This document shows, piece after piece, positions 18,101 to 20,000 of a stretch of 20,000 bases of DNA. Location: IMG/VR virus record IMGVR_UViG_3300017734_000001. One strand, written 5' to 3'. The notes beneath the pieces are model-generated. The model saw only the letters and a program-made list of their open reading frames with translations, made no database searches and was not told the DNA's origin. The first letter of the stretch is position 1. Every line of letters begins with the position of its first letter. Position numbers and translations under genes: made by a program. The stretch is from an uncultured virus (IMG/VR IMGVR_UViG_3300017734_000001). Taxonomy: Duplodnaviria; Heunggongvirae; Uroviricota; Caudoviricetes; Crassvirales.

Positions 18101-19588
18101 GAACTAGAAAGCTCCCTTAAAAGGATGTACACAGGTAGAAATGAAAGCCAAAACGCTAGTCCAATGGTTAACGAGATTATGACTTGGTTTAATGGCTCTG
18201 TTAATACTATAATGTTCTTTAACATGAGATCTGCTAGCTTACAGTTGCTTTCTACAATTAACTTTGTTAACTGGACCGATAACAACCCCATAGCTGCTGG
18301 TGCTGCCTTTTCTAATCAAAAGCAGTTTTGGTCTGACGTGTCTATGCTTATGAATACAAGTTACATAAAAGACAGGATGGGTAACATGAAGTTTGATGTT
18401 GAAGCTGATATTCTTGTTGAAATGGGCAAAACATCAAAAACATATAACGATCTTTTAGCTAAACTTTTTAAGCTAGGTTATGCACCTACAAGACTTGCTG
18501 ACTCGTTTGCTATAACTTTTGGTGGTGCTACTTTTTACAGAAATAGATTCAACACTTACAAAAAACAAGGTATGTCAGACGCTAATGCTAATGCTAAAGC
18601 TTTGGTAGACTTTGAAAGAACGGCTGAGGTTAGCCAGCAGTCTAGTGATCCATCTAAAATAGCAAGTGCGCAGATTGGTAGTTACGGTAGATTCCTTTTT
18701 GCTTTTGCTAACACTCCATTTCAATATGCTAGATTATCAAAGAAAGCTGCTTTAGATATAATAAATAACAGAGGTGATTTAAAAACCAATATATCTAAAC
18801 TAACGTACTACACTTTTGTTCAGTCTATAATATTTTCAGCCTTACAAAACGCCGTGTCTTTAAAAGATTTAATTGATTTGGGAGATGAAGAAGATGATAG
18901 AATGGACGAAACAACTAGAGGGGCTTTATATTTTGGAGTTAATTCTTTGATAGATGGTCAATTGAAAAACTTTGGTGCTAGAGTTGGTATTTCATCTATA
19001 CTAGCAAAAAATGCTTTGTTGCTGCAAATACAAAGAGATCTTTACAGAGAGTTTGGTAAAGATGCTATTGGTGGACCTTTTGATTTAGTTAAAGCTGCTA
19101 GACCTGAAATTGGTCAAATGGTTCTTTTGGCTAGTTCTGTTTCTCCGCCAATGTCAACCAAGACTAGAAAATTATTTGCTATAGACAGAATGGATATCTA
19201 TAATCAAATACGAGAGAAAAAAGAGTTTTACGACTTAACAGATACATGGTATGTATATCCACAAGATCCAACGTGGCAAACATACGCTACATATTTAAAC
19301 GTAGCACTTAATATACCAGCTGATAGATTATTACAAAAATTAGAAAATATATCTTTCGCTATGTATGATGAGTTTGATTATGCCACAAGATTTGCGTTTT
19401 TAGCTGGTTGGAGCAAATGGAACTTACTACCAAAAGATGACTTTAACATACCTTATCCTGAGATGGAAAGTTTAAATTACTACGAAAGTAGACTTAGAAA
19501 AAAAATAAAAGAAAAATCTAAAAACACAGAGACTGATAAAGACTACGAGAAAAGAATGAGAGAAAAAAGACAAGAAAAAAGTAAGTAA
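12146..19588 (+). CDS. Giant multidomain virion cargo / ejection protein (polyvalent-protein-like): zincin HExxH, sigma-region-2-like and ART-like domains, helical C-terminal domain
   Basis: 2480-aa uninterrupted ORF. HEVNH at aa 927-931 with a distal E990; sigma-2-like segment at about aa 1168-1251; ART-like segment at about aa 1581-1717; SRAQ at aa 419, 1073, 1520 and 1742. No RNAP DxDxD motif seen. Confidence 0.65.
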   Translation: MLEKLYNVLYDKKLFTQDFDKFKQAWSNEEYKKKVYDVVNSKKLFTQDYDVFVNAYSEGKQQGDVATDAAAEPAEDLASTSAITSSDLSLPIPQSEGPADPEAYTTDLGLTYGDQRTSQEQIDDFMNNMYQALSATGTYEFLKEKDLEERYYYAGKLISNPTGSPKDIKLSYYNYFKDIKIKGVKDPKAILEPLFLDKDQIKEDYFKIKNLKNDLNIKDFYDQGGTEDVLIKNADDAVDELIHESDYMNKEFLPYFFKKYEEDFYNKQIETIESMEVDFIGQDELDKIEAEMENYQLEMLKQELASDVGYKDLVSKVTSVVSNDLGIDIKALNKTKVIPNWAEGSDFLEGIYRFTKQWASGEAGEKMANISKENKGIDNFLKAYQSGEYTEQELAEIAKENLTDADLTLLYPSKSVALSRAQWIGADNYEELIDKARAGIKDPVSYLKKKKKFLNKQFINSMQDSEELSKVLSIMDNTEFFDEDGVTIDDFQRMAGEQLPQMAQAILTLGYGTYMQEAGGIYVESMYKIAEAKYGPLALGMASKEQKEQMFLEIMEAGEDNPDAAIEGGVINAGLDFGSSIFVVTKAGKFIPKQAWRSLLRGEFKKALKKAGGKDLLEDALKISIAESITEGSQETVSMLKVGKSTGYYNFDPKRIKEGAAQGFASSLLFFGLGKSRSAYNYLTDGIGLQYSRFKNKDHILNLIKLEKQKIKQDLKNGNITKQEAIDKVKKANAKRDVIVDNDVYNVSENNRQQAFDATEAVVDEQVKLDTALDNLKQAKNNPSATDQDIEFREAEVNNQKERLADAKFELNKAKQKDNASKDISRASNRINQTKEGELADKQLITFRTRKEAAAFVKRYKIKVDANIEGLLNGGASGAALAPGQTIRYKGEDIVPAFVVKQTINEQIDNSTRQNDFSLRSAFAASHEVNHFILDTVDPKVLDGVVSKLKNDMRNSGDIETNAVLEIVETMMVEYVKKDPKISRDYLNQEFLAGLGDVLQTFKALKPKSPFQRMFIDFGESISKIINANTGLNVNYNDANSVLGFLKNYNKFLGKNAPIVIKSGTDIDGEKKSRAQISLEQQKKLLVDENKILAPMMRTNASAAKKIQENVDKIKAISAQIIEEKELAENLKFAPGLSKKAKDITRKNELNWSELMDPATKESDKTALKNKIYEDNQGTIINIIRKTFNPNIESNLTAEDYAQAMQLEALKMIDSYEKTYNKKKAEGTLAPWNFYLKDNLPKRQGAILKKLIGDKSMMFMGDATASIGSAQLGYTPDYGNFSNEEYIEQQGVIVDEVLAFTPEIKAEIREAAKKVLSTFKGDSGVNLKKQLGDALEVMLKPYIQTNVLGSKVKKNYKGQTYREFMQQNWEDIYSIIGFDVINTRLTSRTKQEKAAGIPNPFIFKITKDGKQVRDSRLEDLTGKGRGKAKKRIVNQEEFIKFFFGELVNPSTQGTRKDTLAEIIAREAGLDQISWMLENDTEFLDLFKQKQDLLGTLIDNDYIESIQRQIDRFDGSRRPGSRAQLVIDSANYNGLSSSAAMNVLEDIKNNEIIDYKSQPLNRFRNDVLDMIRVGNAYAAIDLYHTPTDEDIKVDGKYKLNNEGLQLSNVKSDGDVSVRVKISSAGNLFVPKEFSWNGGFSIMRSLDIELKGYDVAMSRIPDEDGSYFAKWLVDNNILTKKQVEKDASASGIRETLVSEGYTSITYPKADGSFGYIILNNEAFDLSFDNKINNQIKSLMSDSGSRAQLVGMKGKMSEIIEQKSKGKIKANEVLSNAAARNMRRKAGLNFSNLYVPYQLEDFVGLTYAFTPEGKKGEAAQEFIKERVMNPYFEAKEQYRVFQQNLNANFNRLLSDVGITAKTLKETVDILGKPFTKDQIVRAYLFSTQGADIDPSILSPKEIQASLDYIKSDEKLLMLAAMLPTILDNKGGWVRYRGEMHETLSIDIVKFAEGKRKIFFERFKDNIDIIFDPQIKEKLRGLLGETYVKELESSLKRMYTGRNESQNASPMVNEIMTWFNGSVNTIMFFNMRSASLQLLSTINFVNWTDNNPIAAGAAFSNQKQFWSDVSMLMNTSYIKDRMGNMKFDVEADILVEMGKTSKTYNDLLAKLFKLGYAPTRLADSFAITFGGATFYRNRFNTYKKQGMSDANANAKALVDFERTAEVSQQSSDPSKIASAQIGSYGRFLFAFANTPFQYARLSKKAALDIINNRGDLKTNISKLTYYTFVQSIIFSALQNAVSLKDLIDLGDEEDDRMDETTRGALYFGVNSLIDGQLKNFGARVGISSILAKNALLLQIQRDLYREFGKDAIGGPFDLVKAARPEIGQMVLLASSVSPPMSTKTRKLFAIDRMDIYNQIREKKEFYDLTDTWYVYPQDPTWQTYATYLNVALNIPADRLLQKLENISFAMYDEFDYATRFAFLAGWSKWNLLPKDDFNIPYPEMESLNYYESRLRKKIKEKSKNTETDKDYEKRMREKRQEKSK
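12155..12313 (+). repeat. Two 30-aa-period N-terminal repeats in the giant protein
   Basis: KLYNVLYDKKLFTQDFDKFKQAW (aa 4-26) versus KVYDVVNSKKLFTQDYDVFVNAY (aa 34-56), with an identical KKLFTQD core. Confidence 0.85.
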
Positions 19589-19599
19589 CAAGCAAAAAC

Positions 19600-19619
19600 G
19601 TGTAATATTACACATATAA
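19600..19619 (+). promoter_or_regulatory. Candidate phage promoter motif GTGTAATA-N7-TATAA (copy 2), overlapping a perfect 14-bp palindrome
   Basis: GTGTAATA TTACACA TATAA. GTGTAATATTACAC (19600-19613) is its own reverse complement. The motif ends 13 nt upstream of ATG 19633. Confidence 0.5.
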
Positions 19620-19632
19620 CAACCTACATAAT

Positions 19633-20000
19633 ATGAAAAAAATAATTTTAATACTTTTACTGCTTTTTGCTAGCAATGTAAACGCTCAATTTTTTAAAAG
19701 CATTTATGATGACTTTTTGAAATACGGCACCGTATACGCCGCTGGTAACGTTGGTAATGCTAAGTCAGAGCAAACAAAGTATTTTGTTAGAACAAACTCA
19801 GATAATTTATATGACATACCTCGTGTTATAGACCAAACGACATATCACCCTAACAACTATCGTGTTGGTGTTGGGTTGCGTAAGCTAGCGAGGTTTGGCT
19901 ATGAAAGCAAACCAAATTTTTACAACGGCACAGAAAACAATGTAGGATTATCTGCACCCACAGCTGCAGTAAAAGGTTTAGAGTATTTATTGCACTGGGA
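19633..20000 (+). CDS. Secreted / possible outer-membrane protein with Sec signal peptide, 3'-truncated
   Basis: Not in the ORF track because there is no stop in the window. Manual translation: MKKIILILLLLFASNVNA|QFFKSIYDDFLKYGTVYAAGNVGNAKSEQTKYFVRTNSDNLYDIPRVIDQTTYHPNNYRVGVGLRKLARFGYESKPNFYNGTENNVGLSAPTAAVKGLEYLLHW... It has classic n/h/c regions and a V-N-A cleavage site followed by Gln. Confidence 0.8.
   Translation, partial: MKKIILILLLLFASNVNAQFFKSIYDDFLKYGTVYAAGNVGNAKSEQTKYFVRTNSDNLYDIPRVIDQTTYHPNNYRVGVGLRKLARFGYESKPNFYNGTENNVGLSAPTAAVKGLEYLLHW

Noticed and set aside
2683..18291. Ten short minus-strand ORFs of 60-79 aa listed in the track (e.g. 2683-2868, 4090-4314, 8162-8374, 12049-12282, 18052-18291), plus 8667-8849
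   Set aside because: All lie antisense to long plus-strand genes and have the F/L/S/I-rich composition expected of shadow frames. There is no independent support.
15490..18680. SAQ variants (ISAQII, GSAQLG, ASAQIG) as additional cleavage motifs
   Set aside because: They lack the Arg, three-residue matches are expected by chance, and they do not clearly mark domain boundaries.
12146..19588. Giant protein as a crAss-type virion RNA polymerase
   Set aside because: Size and context fit, but no DFDID/DxDGD catalytic motif was found. The closest strings (TDIDGE, RFDGS, QDFDK) lack the three-Asp pattern or lie in linkers.
1..20000. Stop-codon reassignment as seen in some crAss-like phages
   Set aside because: Genes are full length and tightly packed under the standard bacterial code. 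The one TGA stop (10597-10599) is directly followed by TAA, so it is uninformative, and nothing here requires recoding.
1..20000. CRISPR array, tRNA/rRNA genes, integrase or transposase, diversity-generating retroelement repeats
   Set aside because: Intergenic gaps are all under 60 bp, and I saw no repeat-spacer pattern, RNA gene or near-identical nucleotide repeat pair by eye.

Overview
AT-rich, densely coding, all plus-strand segment of a tailed phage genome. Gene order and protein features fit the virion module of a crAss-like (Crassvirales-related) podophage of Bacteroidota/Flavobacteriia. This assignment is from recognition, not a database search. The order is: a 5'-truncated conserved structural-module gene, two ring/tail-tube-type proteins, a 1413-aa tail stabilization (muzzle-like) protein, a 991-aa Ig/cadherin-like fibre or adhesin, a small tail protein, three putative ejection/cargo proteins (213, 510 and 2480 aa), and the start of a signal-peptide protein missed by the ORF track. 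The most interesting element is the 2480-aa cargo protein. It lacks the DxDxD motif of crAss-type virion RNA polymerases. Instead it reads like a polyprotein: an HExxH zincin domain, a sigma70-region-2-like domain, a degenerate ADP-ribosyltransferase-like domain and a helical C-terminal domain, separated by a recurring SRAQ motif. This suggests an injected, possibly self-processing host-takeover protein (hypothesis). A shared intergenic motif, GTGTAATA-N7-TATAA, is a candidate phage-specific promoter.
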